Positions 1-10,107 of a stretch of 64,000 nt of DNA are shown here, in pieces. The first letter of the stretch is position 1; the number at the start of each line of letters is the position of its first letter. The notes under the pieces were generated by a model. That model was not told the DNA's origin, made no database searches, and worked only from the letters and a program-made list of their open reading frames with translations. Both the position numbers and the translations under genes were made by a program. Source of the stretch: Candidatus Latescibacterota bacterium (lineage in GTDB: Bacteria; Latescibacterota; UBA2968; UBA8231); contig OY730476.1 of assembly GCA_963422735.1 (NCBI GenBank), positions 4,672,001 to 4,736,000 on the forward strand, in the 5' to 3' direction.

Positions 1-474
1 CGCATTCTGGCGCGGCAGCTAGGGCGTTGCTTCTTGGACACCGACCGGATGGTCGAACAGCGCGCCGGCAAGTCCATTGCGGAGATTTTCGCCGACGGAG
101 GCGAGGCGCACTTCCGCCAGCTAGAGCGCACCTGCGTCCTCGCAGCCTGCCGGCGCTCGGATGCCGTAGTGGCCTTGGGTGGTGGGGCGATCACCTGCGC
201 CGACAACGTCGCGGCCGTGCGCTGCGCTGGGGTCTTGGTCTGCCTCAAGGCCGACGTGGATACAATTTTCGCCCGCGTCAGCCGCCGTTCTAATCGCCCC
301 TTACTCGCCGGATTGGAGCCTTCGGCGCAGCGCGCCAAGATAGAGTCCCTGCTCCGCGAGCGCGCTCCTTACTACGACCAAGCCCACATCGAGCTGTACA
401 CTACGCAGGTGCAGACGCCCGAGGACACAGCCGGGCAGCTTCGCGACTTACTGGAGAGCTATGCAGAGAATTGA
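1..474 (+). CDS. aroK: Shikimate kinase (5' end outside the window)
   Basis: Frame open from base 1 (RILARQLGRCFLDTD); motifs DTD, GEAHFRQLE, ALGGG and RPLL; overlaps the aroB start. Confidence 0.92.
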   Translation, partial: RILARQLGRCFLDTDRMVEQRAGKSIAEIFADGGEAHFRQLERTCVLAACRRSDAVVALGGGAITCADNVAAVRCAGVLVCLKADVDTIFARVSRRSNRPLLAGLEPSAQRAKIESLLRERAPYYDQAHIELYTTQVQTPEDTAGQLRDLLESYAEN

Positions 475-1558
475 CTTACCCGTCGCCGGGGCGGCATACC
501 CCATCTTTGTCGGCCACGACATTCTCGGGGAGCTGGGGCCGCGCTGCCGGGATGTGGCCTTGGGCCGGCAGGTCGCGCTGGTGACCGACGAGGTCGTGGC
601 TGCGCGCTACCTGCAACCCGCGGCCGCCAGCTTGCGCACCGCTGGGTTCGAGGTGTTGGAGGTTGTTTATGCCGGGGGTGAGAGTGCCAAGACCTTGCGC
701 GGGGCCGAGGGCATTTTCGCGCAGATGATCGAGGCCGAGTTCGACCGCGGCGCTTGGGTGGTGGCCCTTGGCGGGGGCGTAGTCGGCGACATGGCCGGCT
801 TTGTGGCTTCCACCTATTTGCGCGGCGTGCCCTATGTGCAGGTGCCTACGACCATCGTCGCGCAGGTGGATTCGAGCATCGGCGGCAAGACTGGGGTCAA
901 CCACGCGCTGGGCAAAAACCTGATCGGCACCTTTTATCAGCCGCGTTTGGTCTTGGCCGATACGAATGCACTGCACTCACTGCCGAGGCGGGAGCGGGTC
1001 GCGGGCATGGCCGAGGTGGTCAAACACGGGCTGATCCGCGATGCCGCGCTCTTCGCCTTTTTAGAGGAGCACTTGGAGGAGGTCGTGGATATGGTGCTGG
1101 CACCGGCGACCTTGGACTGGCTCATTGGCCGCAATGTCGAGATCAAGGCCGAGGTGGTGGCCGCCGACGAGAAGGAGCAGGGCTTGCGGGCCATACTCAA
1201 TTACGGGCATACCATTGGGCACGCGATTGAGGCCGCCACGAACTACGGCCGCTATCGGCACGGAGAGGCGGTGATTTTGGGCTTGATCGCCGCGGGCGAA
1301 ATCGCCTGCTGCGAGGGGTTTTGGCCCGAAGCAGAAAGGCAGCGGCAGGATGCGTTGCTGGAGAGGCTGGGGGTACCTAGGGGGTTAGCCGAGGTGGAGG
1401 CGGAGCGGATTTTGGCCTGTGCCAAGGCCGACAAAAAGCGCGTGGATGGGCAGCTGCGGTTCGTGCTGGGTCGGCGGATTGGGGAGGTGGAGATTGCCGA
1501 AGGCGTGGGGGAGGAAGCGGTGAGAGCGGGGATTGAGTACGTGCAGCAGAAGTACTGA
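461..1558 (+). CDS. aroB: 3-dehydroquinate synthase
   Basis: Motifs GGGVVGD, PTTIVAQVDSSIGGKTGVN, KNLIGTF and LNYGHTIGHAIE. Confidence 0.96.
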   Translation: MQRIDLPVAGAAYPIFVGHDILGELGPRCRDVALGRQVALVTDEVVAARYLQPAAASLRTAGFEVLEVVYAGGESAKTLRGAEGIFAQMIEAEFDRGAWVVALGGGVVGDMAGFVASTYLRGVPYVQVPTTIVAQVDSSIGGKTGVNHALGKNLIGTFYQPRLVLADTNALHSLPRRERVAGMAEVVKHGLIRDAALFAFLEEHLEEVVDMVLAPATLDWLIGRNVEIKAEVVAADEKEQGLRAILNYGHTIGHAIEAATNYGRYRHGEAVILGLIAAGEIACCEGFWPEAERQRQDALLERLGVPRGLAEVEAERILACAKADKKRVDGQLRFVLGRRIGEVEIAEGVGEEAVRAGIEYVQQKY

Positions 1559-1709
1559 GGTGGTGCGGTGCCGAGGGAGCTTCGGGCCGCTTCAGCGAGC
1601 CGCAGCAGTATAGTATAAGGTTATGCCGATGCGGAACACGCACACCAACAAAGAGCTATCAAGCTAGGCGGGCGCCGGCGTGGAGGTCAAATACAAGGAG
1701 TCAGAAATC

Positions 1710-4079
1710 ATGTGCAAAAGTCTCTTTGCTGGGTCTATCCTACAGGCTGGCAGTTTGTGGCTAGAGATGCGCTCGGGCGGCTCCAGAAGGCCCGGTTGGC
1801 ACCGGGTATTCGCCCTAGTCTTGGTCAACCTGACGGCCTTGGCATCGCTTGCCCATTCGCAGGAGGCAGGGCGCGTCGGCTCCATCAGCGGGCGCGTAGT
1901 CGATGCGGCCACCCAACAGCCGCTACCGGGGGCCAATATCGCCGTCATCAGTCATCCGCTCGGAAGCAGCGTTGGAGAGGATGGCCGCTTTGCCATCGCA
2001 GGTGTTCCCGTCGGGTTGCACCGCCTGCACATCTCGATGATAGGATACGAGACGGCTATTCGGCCCGACGTCGTGGTGCGCTCCAACCGCATCACCTCCG
2101 TGCAGATCGAACTGGATGAGACGACCCTTGGCATGGGCGAGGTGGTGGTTACGGCCGATTACTTCTCGGCCATTGAGGAGGAGGCCGTCAGTACTGTCAA
2201 CTTCAACTTCGAGGAAATCAGACGCTCTCCCGGCGCGGCCGGCGACATCAGCCGCTTGGTGCAGGTGCTGCCCAGCATCAATATGAACACCGACCAGCGC
2301 AACGACCTGATCGTGCGCGGCGGCAGCCCGGCGGAAAACCTCACCATCATCGACAACATCGAGATCCCCAACATCAACCACTTCCCCACGCAAGGGGCGT
2401 CGGGCGGGCCGATCGGGTTGCTCAACACCGATCTTATTGCCGACGTCAGCTTCTACGCCGGGGGCTTTTCGGCCGAATACGGAGACCGCCTGTCCTCGGT
2501 GATGGTCGTCGACCAGCGCGAGGGCAATCGCGAAGAATTCGACGGAGAAGTCAACCTGGGGATGGCCGGTGCCGGCCTCATCCTCGAAGGTCCGGTCGGC
2601 CGGCACAAAGGTTCGTGGATCTTGTCGGCGCGGCGCAGTTATCTCGACTTGATAGTCAACGCCATCGGCACGGGAGCGGTGCCCAAGTACAGCGATGTGC
2701 AGGCGATGGCAACGTATGACCTCAAGCCCGAACACCAGCTCGAATTGCTCGCCATCAGCGGCTTTGACACCATCGACTTCTCGCCTGACGAAGGGGCGCA
2801 GGACGATTTTGTCGCCTCCGCCACCGATCAGTACATCGCTGGTGCTAACTGGCGCTGGTTGTGGAGCGCAAAAGGGTACGCGGAAACATCGCTGGCCTAC
2901 ACGCGCGGCGACTACAGCGTGAAGACGCTGGATGGCGAAACTCGACAGGAGCTTTTTAACAACGACTCGCACGAGCAGAAGCTCGCGCTGCGCAGTAACT
3001 GGTACTTCGCACCGCGCCCGGGTAGCGCGGTGAAATGGGGAATAGTTGCCCGCCGCTTGTTTAGCGACTTCGATATGTTCAACGTCGCCGCCAGGAACCG
3101 AGTCAACAAGCTCGAAGATGAGTTGCAGCTACGAGAAGAGGCAACGACCACTAAGCTGGGTGCCTTTGCTTCTCTTCAACAATCACTCGGTGCGCGGCTG
3201 TCGGCGACGGTTGGCGCTCGCCTCGAATACTTCGATCTGAATGAAGAGTTCAACTGGTCGCCGAGGATCTCACTCGCTGGCGAGCTCGACGAGCGCACCA
3301 CGCTCACGGCCGCCTTTGGTATCTACTACCAGAGTCTGCCGTCGTTGCTTCTCGTGCAGCATCCCGACAACCGCAGGCTGGAAAACCCTCGCGCCGATCA
3401 CTTTGTCGTCGGCCTGCGGCGTCGCCTCACCCCCAACACGCTGCTCAGCGTGGAGGCCTACCAGAAAAACTACGCAGAATCCCCTTTCGACCCGGACGAC
3501 CCCACCATACTCATCGTTGATTCCTTCGCCGACTTTCCCACTCCCGTCCCCGGTCGTCTGGTGGGCGGTGGCAAGGCGCAGTCGCGCGGAGTGGAATCGC
3601 TGATTCAGAAGAAACTCGCCGAGGAGGTGTACGGTACGCTCAGCTATGCGTACTCGATTTCCCAGTACACGGATCGCAACGGGGTTGAGCGCAACCGCAC
3701 ATTCGACAACCGCCACCTCGTCTCGCTAATTCTCGGATACCGGCCGTCAGACCGCTTCGAGTACAGCGTGCGTTGGCGCTACGCCGGGGGGCGTCCGTAC
3801 ACGCCCTTTGACCAAGAGCTGTCAAAGCAGCTAGGGCAGGCAATCATCCAACGAGATCGCATCAACGCCGAGCGCTACCCGGCCTATCACCGGCTCGATG
3901 TGCGCTTCGACTACCGCAAGCACTTTGAAAACTTTAACCTAGTGAGTTTCTTCACTGTTTTGAACGCCTACAATCGCGCCAATATCTTCATGTACCGCTG
4001 GGACAGCGACGAGAGCCGCGTCAAGCGCATCAACCAGTGGAGTATTTTACCTGTTGGCGGGTTCGAGCTGGAGTTTTGA
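1710..4079 (+). CDS. TonB-dependent receptor with N-terminal carboxypeptidase-regulatory-like domain
   Basis: GRVVDAATQQPLPGANI domain; plug motifs VRGGSPAEN and GGFSAEYGDRLSSV; C-terminal Phe. AAGGAG precedes ATG 1710, but the start is uncertain. Confidence 0.88.
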   Translation: MCKSLFAGSILQAGSLWLEMRSGGSRRPGWHRVFALVLVNLTALASLAHSQEAGRVGSISGRVVDAATQQPLPGANIAVISHPLGSSVGEDGRFAIAGVPVGLHRLHISMIGYETAIRPDVVVRSNRITSVQIELDETTLGMGEVVVTADYFSAIEEEAVSTVNFNFEEIRRSPGAAGDISRLVQVLPSINMNTDQRNDLIVRGGSPAENLTIIDNIEIPNINHFPTQGASGGPIGLLNTDLIADVSFYAGGFSAEYGDRLSSVMVVDQREGNREEFDGEVNLGMAGAGLILEGPVGRHKGSWILSARRSYLDLIVNAIGTGAVPKYSDVQAMATYDLKPEHQLELLAISGFDTIDFSPDEGAQDDFVASATDQYIAGANWRWLWSAKGYAETSLAYTRGDYSVKTLDGETRQELFNNDSHEQKLALRSNWYFAPRPGSAVKWGIVARRLFSDFDMFNVAARNRVNKLEDELQLREEATTTKLGAFASLQQSLGARLSATVGARLEYFDLNEEFNWSPRISLAGELDERTTLTAAFGIYYQSLPSLLLVQHPDNRRLENPRADHFVVGLRRRLTPNTLLSVEAYQKNYAESPFDPDDPTILIVDSFADFPTPVPGRLVGGGKAQSRGVESLIQKKLAEEVYGTLSYAYSISQYTDRNGVERNRTFDNRHLVSLILGYRPSDRFEYSVRWRYAGGRPYTPFDQELSKQLGQAIIQRDRINAERYPAYHRLDVRFDYRKHFENFNLVSFFTVLNAYNRANIFMYRWDSDESRVKRINQWSILPVGGFELEF

Positions 4080-4099
4080 AAAAGAAAGCCGCCAATAAG

Positions 4100-5419
4100 A
4101 TGAGCAAAAAAAAGCCGCAGAAGGTCCATCTAGTCAGCTTGGGATGTCCAAAAAATACAGTGGACTCCGAGCGGATGCTGGGGCTTTTGCAAGGCAATGC
4201 GTATCAAATGACGGACGCGCCGGAGGCAGCGGATGTGGTGGTGGTCAATACCTGCGGGTTTATTGGCCCGGCCAAAGAGGAGTCGATTGACGCGATTGTG
4301 GCAGCGCATCGGCTCAAGGAAGAAGGCCAGTGCAAGGGAGTGGTCGTCACCGGATGTCTTTCGACGCGCTACTATGAGGAACTGGCGCAGGAGCTGGTGG
4401 AGGCCGACAAACTTTTGACCATCGCCGACGAGGTCGATATCGTCCGCCACATCGACGACGTATTGGGTGTGCAACGGCCCGACTACTTAGCTAATTTGCC
4501 GCGAACCTTGCTGACGCCCAAGCATTGGTCTTATCTGCGCATATCGGACGGCTGCGATCACCACTGCGCCTTTTGCGCTATTCCCGCGATCCGCGGGCGG
4601 CACAAAAGCGAGCCGATTGAGCAGCTAGTGGCCGAGGCCGGGCGGCTGGCCGCGGCTGGGGTGCGAGAGTTGGTGCTGGTCTCGCAGGATTCGGTGCGCT
4701 ACGGGGCCGATCTCTACGGTCGTCCACAGCTCGTGCGCCTCTTAAAAGCACTCGCCGAGGTGGAGGGCATTGAGTGGATGCGCTTAATGTACACCTATCC
4801 GGCGTTCTGGACCGAGGAACTTATTGACTTCTACGCTACTTGCGACAAGATGTGCCTGTACATCGACATGCCGCTACAACACATTTCCGACCCGGTACTC
4901 AAGCGCATGAAGCGGGCGACAACCCGCCAAAAGACGCTCGATTTGTTGGCGCGACTGCGGGCGCGGCTGCCGGGGGTCGGGTTGCGCTCGACGTTCATCG
5001 TCGGCTTCCCCGGCGAGACCGATGCCGATTTTGCCGCCCTGCTCGCGTTCGTGGCCGAGACGCGCTTTGACTACGCGACCGGCTTTCTCTACTCGCCGGA
5101 AGAGGGGACTTCGGCGTATGCGATGGGCGATTCGGTCGCCGAGGAGGTTAAGCAGGAGCGCTACAGCCGCCTGACGCAGCTGCAGGAGCGCGTGGGCACA
5201 GAGAAAAACGACGAGCTCGTCGGCACGCGGCAGGTGGTCTTGGTCGATGCGTGCGAGGGTCAGGTGTGCTATGGACGGATGGAGCGCGACGCCCCGGAAA
5301 TCGACGGCCAAGTCATCATCGCCGAGGGTACGCCTCCGGTGGGTTCTTTCGTCGAAGTGGAAATCGCCGCAGCCGCGTCCTACGAGCTGAGCGCTAGGGT
5401 AGTGGGACAGCCGCGTTGA
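4100..5419 (+). CDS. rimO: Ribosomal protein S12 methylthiotransferase
   Basis: SLGCPKN, NTCGFI, radical SAM CDHHCAFC, FIVGFPGET and TRAM-domain DAPEIDG. Confidence 0.94.
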   Translation: MSKKKPQKVHLVSLGCPKNTVDSERMLGLLQGNAYQMTDAPEAADVVVVNTCGFIGPAKEESIDAIVAAHRLKEEGQCKGVVVTGCLSTRYYEELAQELVEADKLLTIADEVDIVRHIDDVLGVQRPDYLANLPRTLLTPKHWSYLRISDGCDHHCAFCAIPAIRGRHKSEPIEQLVAEAGRLAAAGVRELVLVSQDSVRYGADLYGRPQLVRLLKALAEVEGIEWMRLMYTYPAFWTEELIDFYATCDKMCLYIDMPLQHISDPVLKRMKRATTRQKTLDLLARLRARLPGVGLRSTFIVGFPGETDADFAALLAFVAETRFDYATGFLYSPEEGTSAYAMGDSVAEEVKQERYSRLTQLQERVGTEKNDELVGTRQVVLVDACEGQVCYGRMERDAPEIDGQVIIAEGTPPVGSFVEVEIAAAASYELSARVVGQPR

Positions 5420-5733
5420 ACAAGACAAAGCCGTGCGACATCGCCGTGGATGGCCAGGCCGGCGAGTTGGTCATCGCGTGGAACAATGGCCGCGAGAGCC
5501 GCTACAGCTTGGAGGGGTTGCGCCGCGAGTGTCCTTGCGCCCACTGTCGGGAATTGCGCGACACGGCCGAAGGCGGGTTGGCGCTCTTGCAACCCGAGGC
5601 CGTGTCGGCTACAGCCGAGGTGCGGGGGGTTAGCTATGTCGGGCGCTACGGCATTCGCATTGAATGGGCCGACAGGCACGATCACGGAATTTATACGTTT
5701 GAGTTTTTTCGCGCTTTAGACGCGGGCGGATGA
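5416..5733 (+). CDS. DUF971 / GBBH-like N-terminal domain protein
   Basis: LRRECPCAHC, VGRYGIRIEW and HDHGIY motifs; TTG start overlaps the rimO stop. Confidence 0.82.
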   Translation: MNKTKPCDIAVDGQAGELVIAWNNGRESRYSLEGLRRECPCAHCRELRDTAEGGLALLQPEAVSATAEVRGVSYVGRYGIRIEWADRHDHGIYTFEFFRALDAGG

Positions 5734-5760
5734 GGCAAGGCCGGTTTTGAGAATCGAGCG

Positions 5761-5789
5761 ACCACTCCCTAACGGGGGTGGTTTTTTTA
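5761..5789 (+). terminator. Rho-independent terminator
   Basis: ACCACTCCC-TAAC-GGGGGTGGT stem followed by a T-run, between convergent genes. Confidence 0.8.
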
Positions 5790-7853
5790 TGCCGCCTGAC
5801 GCACCGGAACGTCGCGGGGGGCGCGGGCGATCCACTGTTCGGCGAGGAGGAGGCCGAGGGCCAAAAGCAGGAATTCGCGCCACAACTCGCGGCCGTGGCG
5901 GTTGCCCAAGACCGCGAGGCGCAGGTCGTCGTCCGGGCCGAGGAAATGGACCTCCGCGCCCGCGAAAACGCGCCGTACGCGCTCGGGTGCTACGGACGCG
6001 AGCGCGGATTCGCGGACGTCGAAGTTGACGGCGAACGCATCAACCGCTGCGCCCGCAGCCCGCAGTCGCCAAATGCCGGCCTCGCCGACTTGGGGAATTT
6101 TCCACAAGTATTGGCCGCCGACGCGCTCCGGCTCCAAGCGCAGGCGCTCGCCCGACGGCGTCTCGGCCTCTACCGCGGCTTCCATTGGTATATCGGCCAA
6201 GCGGCGATATACCGTTTCTCCAACCAAATAGGTAGCGTGGCGGTCGGGCGGTAGGCTCAACTCGCGCACCAAGCGGTGCAGAAGGGGAGCGAACAGCCCG
6301 CGTCGGTGCAGGTCGTTCCACTGCGGGTCGCTGGGGAACGCCGCGAGCGCGAAGCGGCCCTGCCCCTGCCAAGCTAACGCCATGGCGAGTTGCCCGTCGC
6401 CGAAGCGGGCCAAGGGCAGAAGGCTGGGCGTGGGGACTATGGAGAAATAGGCGTAGAAGCGCGGTTGATCGCCGTCGCTGGCGAGGAGGTCGTCGAAAAG
6501 CTGATGGTGCGGCTCGTCCGCGTCTAGGACTTGATAGGTGGTCTCGTTGCCGGGCACACCGATCCGGTCTTTGAAGCGCCCGGGGGTCAGACCGGGCAAG
6601 AGATAGCGGTTGTAGTAGCCGAGGTCGCTATGTGGCGCGGGAAAGAGAACCACGCCTCCGCCAGAGGCGACGAACTCGTCCAAGTCCGCCTTTTGCGCCG
6701 CGCTCAGCCGCGCGAGGTTGCAGAGCACGAGCACATCCACTCCGGCCAGAGTGCTGGCGTCGAGATTGGCAAAGAGGTCGGTGCGAATTTCCATGACCGG
6801 ATCGGAGAGAGCGGCCGCCCCGAGTGCCCGGCGCACATAGTACGCGTCCTCGGGCCGCTCGCCCAACAACAGCGCGGTGATGGCAGTGGGCAGTTCGAGG
6901 GTGAAGTAGCATCGATTGTCGAGCGCGAGGGCATCGTCTGCGAGCGCGACGTGCCCGCTCAGCCGCCCGGGCCGTCGCGGCGAGAAGCTGAGTGCTACTT
7001 GAGTCGTGCCCGGCGTTCCGGGATCCACGCTCTGGCGGCGCACGCGCTGACCATCGACAAAAAGGTCGAGCGTTGTGCCTTCGCCGCTGTGCGCGATTTC
7101 GGTTTGCAAGGTGACCTTGGCGTCGGCGGTGAGCATCCAGCTCGGGGCCGAGACCCGCTTGACGTAGGCATTCGGTCGGGTCGGGGCGCGAGGGCTAGCG
7201 ACATAGACGCGCGCGCCAGCAAAGGATGGAACCGAGTCGTCGAGTTGATCCCAGTTGTATTGGGCCAGATCAGTAAAAATAAAAAGTTCGCGCGCTAGGG
7301 GAGATTCTTGATTTAAGCGTTGGGCCGCCGCGTATAAGGCCGCACGCAAATCCGTCGCCTCTTGCGTCGGCGCGAGCTTGGCAATGCGCTCGGCCAAGTA
7401 GGCGCGGTCGCCGGCAAAAGGAGGGTAGGGCCGTTGGGCGAAAGGCTGTACTGCCACTTGATCGCGCGCGGGTAAAATGGTCAGCAGGTCGCCGAGCTGG
7501 CGTTGGAGTTGGTCGAAGAGGGAGCCAGAAGGCTGTTGGTAGCGGGTGCTGTACGACAAGTCCAAGAGCGCGTGAACGGCCACCGGGCGATCCCCACCTC
7601 CCCATCCGCCGCCGGCCTGATACGTCGGGCGGGCAAAGGCACAGACGATGAGCGCGATGATAAGTGTGCGCAGCAAGAGGACCAGCCACTGGCGCAGTTG
7701 GAGCCGCCGCATGCGGTTTTGCTGTAGCTGGCGCAGAAAGGCGAAGTCGCTGAAAGGATGGGGCTGGGCGCGCCCTCGATGCAGCAGGTGGATGGCTAGG
7801 GGAAGGGCTGCCGCGACTAGTCCGAGGAGGACTGCGGGATTGAAAAACTGCAA
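5787..7853 (-). CDS. BatA (aerotolerance N-terminal) / vWA-domain membrane protein
   Basis: N-terminal FFNP..LLGL...PLAIHLL and LRTL...AFARP; vWA-like LDLSYS and IFTD; DALALDN; C-terminal ELWREFLLLAL helix. Confidence 0.82.
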   Translation of the reverse strand: MQFFNPAVLLGLVAAALPLAIHLLHRGRAQPHPFSDFAFLRQLQQNRMRRLQLRQWLVLLLRTLIIALIVCAFARPTYQAGGGWGGGDRPVAVHALLDLSYSTRYQQPSGSLFDQLQRQLGDLLTILPARDQVAVQPFAQRPYPPFAGDRAYLAERIAKLAPTQEATDLRAALYAAAQRLNQESPLARELFIFTDLAQYNWDQLDDSVPSFAGARVYVASPRAPTRPNAYVKRVSAPSWMLTADAKVTLQTEIAHSGEGTTLDLFVDGQRVRRQSVDPGTPGTTQVALSFSPRRPGRLSGHVALADDALALDNRCYFTLELPTAITALLLGERPEDAYYVRRALGAAALSDPVMEIRTDLFANLDASTLAGVDVLVLCNLARLSAAQKADLDEFVASGGGVVLFPAPHSDLGYYNRYLLPGLTPGRFKDRIGVPGNETTYQVLDADEPHHQLFDDLLASDGDQPRFYAYFSIVPTPSLLPLARFGDGQLAMALAWQGQGRFALAAFPSDPQWNDLHRRGLFAPLLHRLVRELSLPPDRHATYLVGETVYRRLADIPMEAAVEAETPSGERLRLEPERVGGQYLWKIPQVGEAGIWRLRAAGAAVDAFAVNFDVRESALASVAPERVRRVFAGAEVHFLGPDDDLRLAVLGNRHGRELWREFLLLALGLLLAEQWIARAPRDVPVRQAA

Positions 7854-7871
7854 GACGGGGAAGGGGCCGCG

Positions 7872-8345
7872 CTAGTTCGCAGAAGGAATATCGCGCTCTG
7901 CAGCTTCAATGGTCGCGATGATTTCCTCGGCTGAATTTGCTTCGATGAGCTTCTTTTTGAACGCGTCGTTTTTGAGCAAACGCGAAATCCGCGCCAGTGC
8001 CTTGATGTGGGGGCCGGAGACATTGGCCGGAGAGACCAGTAGGAAGAATACGAAGGCTGGCTCGCCGTCGAGGGCGTCGAAATCAACTCCCCGCCGCTGG
8101 GTGCCCATGGCCGCGACCAATTCGGTTACCGCGGCCGACTTGCCGTGAGGGATGGCGATGCCGTCGCCGATGCCCGTGCTCATGATCTTTTCGCGGTCGA
8201 GTACAGCTTGCAATACTTGGTCGCGGTCGGTGATAGCGTCGCCGACTACGAGCGAATTGACCAACTCGGCGATGATATCCTCTTTGGATTCTCCTTTGAG
8301 GTCAACTATGGTGGATTCGGGCGACAGAATATCCAACAGGTTCAT
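7872..8345 (-). CDS. ptsN: PTS IIA component, nitrogen-regulatory/fructose type (PtsN-like)
   Basis: DREKIMSTGIGDGIAIPHGK phospho-His motif, FDALDGEP and HIKALARISRLL. Confidence 0.85.
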   Translation of the reverse strand: MNLLDILSPESTIVDLKGESKEDIIAELVNSLVVGDAITDRDQVLQAVLDREKIMSTGIGDGIAIPHGKSAAVTELVAAMGTQRRGVDFDALDGEPAFVFFLLVSPANVSGPHIKALARISRLLKNDAFKKKLIEANSAEEIIATIEAAERDIPSAN

Positions 8346-8412
8346 GCGCGTTATCTCCGAGTGATGTGTTGAAAAATAAGCCATCTCCGCGACCTTCGTC
8401 AACCACTCACTG

Positions 8413-8910
8413 TTATTGAGTCATGGCTTTTACAAGTCGTGGCACCACGAAATAGGCCAAGCGCCCGCGACTGATTTCTTCCCAAGAGTGGATGCCCAAT
8501 TCGACGGCGGCTAGGCCCGCAGTCGGCAGGTGGATGCGTGCGCCCGTTAGCTTGCGGATCCACTCCTCTAACCCTGGGTTGTGGGCGATGATGAGCCCGG
8601 TCTGCGCGCTGTCTGGCAAGCCGGCCGCCGCTTGGGTCAAGATGCTGGGGGACGAGAGGTAGAGCGCGTTGTCCAAGTGCAAGACATTCGTCGGCAGGCC
8701 GAGGGATTCGGCTAAGCCGGTGGCCGTCTGGTGTGCCCGATGCGCTGCCGAGGCCAGCACGACTTCGGGGCGCGGGCCGTACGCTGCGAGCAGGCGGGCG
8801 ATGCGCGGCAAATCCGCGCAGCCGCGCTCGTTGAGCGGACGGTCGAAATCGTCGCGTATCCCGAGGGGATAATCCGACTTGGCGTGGCGCATGATTAGCA
8901 AGGTCTTCAT
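8413..8910 (-). CDS. sixA: Phosphohistidine phosphatase SixA
   Basis: MKTLLIMRHAKS, DFDRPLNERG, RAHQTA and AHNPGL; start placed at ATG 8910 rather than the ORF-track start. Confidence 0.85.
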   Translation of the reverse strand: MKTLLIMRHAKSDYPLGIRDDFDRPLNERGCADLPRIARLLAAYGPRPEVVLASAAHRAHQTATGLAESLGLPTNVLHLDNALYLSSPSILTQAAAGLPDSAQTGLIIAHNPGLEEWIRKLTGARIHLPTAGLAAVELGIHSWEEISRGRLAYFVVPRLVKAMTQ

Positions 8911-9034
8911 GGGAATTAGGAATTCGCAATTGGGAACATCTTGGTTGCGTGGGCATTTTCTAGAGGGTATTTTTATGAGCAGCAAGATAGTGCGTGCCTG
9001 CTCTCGATACAAACGCGACTCAGGATTTATATTT

Positions 9035-10105
9035 ATGGCTCCGCAACCCGTAGAGCTCAATCTAACCCTTCGCCCCCAGCGGCGCTTGGCAATCATCGAC
9101 ATCGCCGAGCTGATCCGCGAGCAAGTCGGCGACCAGTTGCGTCCCTTTCGCAAAGCCGCGTACTGTTCGTTTCACACCACGGCCGGCTATATAGAGCAGG
9201 GCACGTGTAGGCGCTTGGGCCACAGCCGCAAGCAGATCGATCCATTCATCCGCGCCATCAAAAAGATATTCCCCTACAATGCTGGCTATTTTCACGACCG
9301 CATGCAGCTACGCGACGAGCTCAGCGAGGGCGAGAAGGAGAAGGAGCCGGTCAACGCCGACTCGCACCTGACCTTTATTGCCGCGGGTCTCAAAAACTGC
9401 GTGACCTATATCCACCGGCCCGAGGATCCGGTGTATTTCATTGAACTAGACGGCATCTACAAGCACTATGTGCGCAGCCGACGCACCGCGGTTATGGCCT
9501 ACAACCGCGCCGAAATCGTGCATCGCGGTCGGGTGGAGATTCCGGTGGCTGGCAGCCATGCAATCGACGCCTTCAACCTCAAGGATCCGCACTATGGTCT
9601 CTTTGAAACGCTCGCCGATTGGCTGCGGCAATGCGGAATAGACAAAGGCTGCATCGACATCCGCCTCGCCCCGGAGGAAAAGCACGTCGGCATGACCGTC
9701 AATGAGTACGAGACCCTGTTGATGCGCAACGACTTGCCCCAAGCCCTCAGCGATCCGCTGCGCTACGCGTTCCAGCGCGGCAAACAGCTCCTGCGGCACC
9801 CCGCCTCCATCCCCGGCAAGATGCATGCCTACGCGGCCTACGATTCTCTCCGCTTCTACAACGAATTGCTCGACCAAGTTCCGGTGGGGCGATCGGTCAT
9901 CGACCGCATTTTTTCGGTGCTGTCAACGCCGGCCCAGCGCATCTTACGCCTGAAGCGCCACATCCGGCTGCTGGTCTCAGACAGCGCAGGAGCCGGGGTG
10001 GATCGCATCCTACAGGGGACCTACCAAAGCCCGATTCTGGTGCAGCACCAACCGGCTGCGGGCGGTGTGCGCGCGCTCGACATCACCCTGCGCTGCTTCG
10101 TCTGA
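9035..10105 (+). CDS. Hypothetical protein with apparently tandem YjbQ/UPF0047-like halves
   Basis: First half has HTTAG, FHD, NADSHL and FIELDG; second half has HVGMTVNE and GTYQS. Confidence 0.55.
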   Translation: MAPQPVELNLTLRPQRRLAIIDIAELIREQVGDQLRPFRKAAYCSFHTTAGYIEQGTCRRLGHSRKQIDPFIRAIKKIFPYNAGYFHDRMQLRDELSEGEKEKEPVNADSHLTFIAAGLKNCVTYIHRPEDPVYFIELDGIYKHYVRSRRTAVMAYNRAEIVHRGRVEIPVAGSHAIDAFNLKDPHYGLFETLADWLRQCGIDKGCIDIRLAPEEKHVGMTVNEYETLLMRNDLPQALSDPLRYAFQRGKQLLRHPASIPGKMHAYAAYDSLRFYNELLDQVPVGRSVIDRIFSVLSTPAQRILRLKRHIRLLVSDSAGAGVDRILQGTYQSPILVQHQPAAGGVRALDITLRCFV

Positions 10106-10107
10106 GC

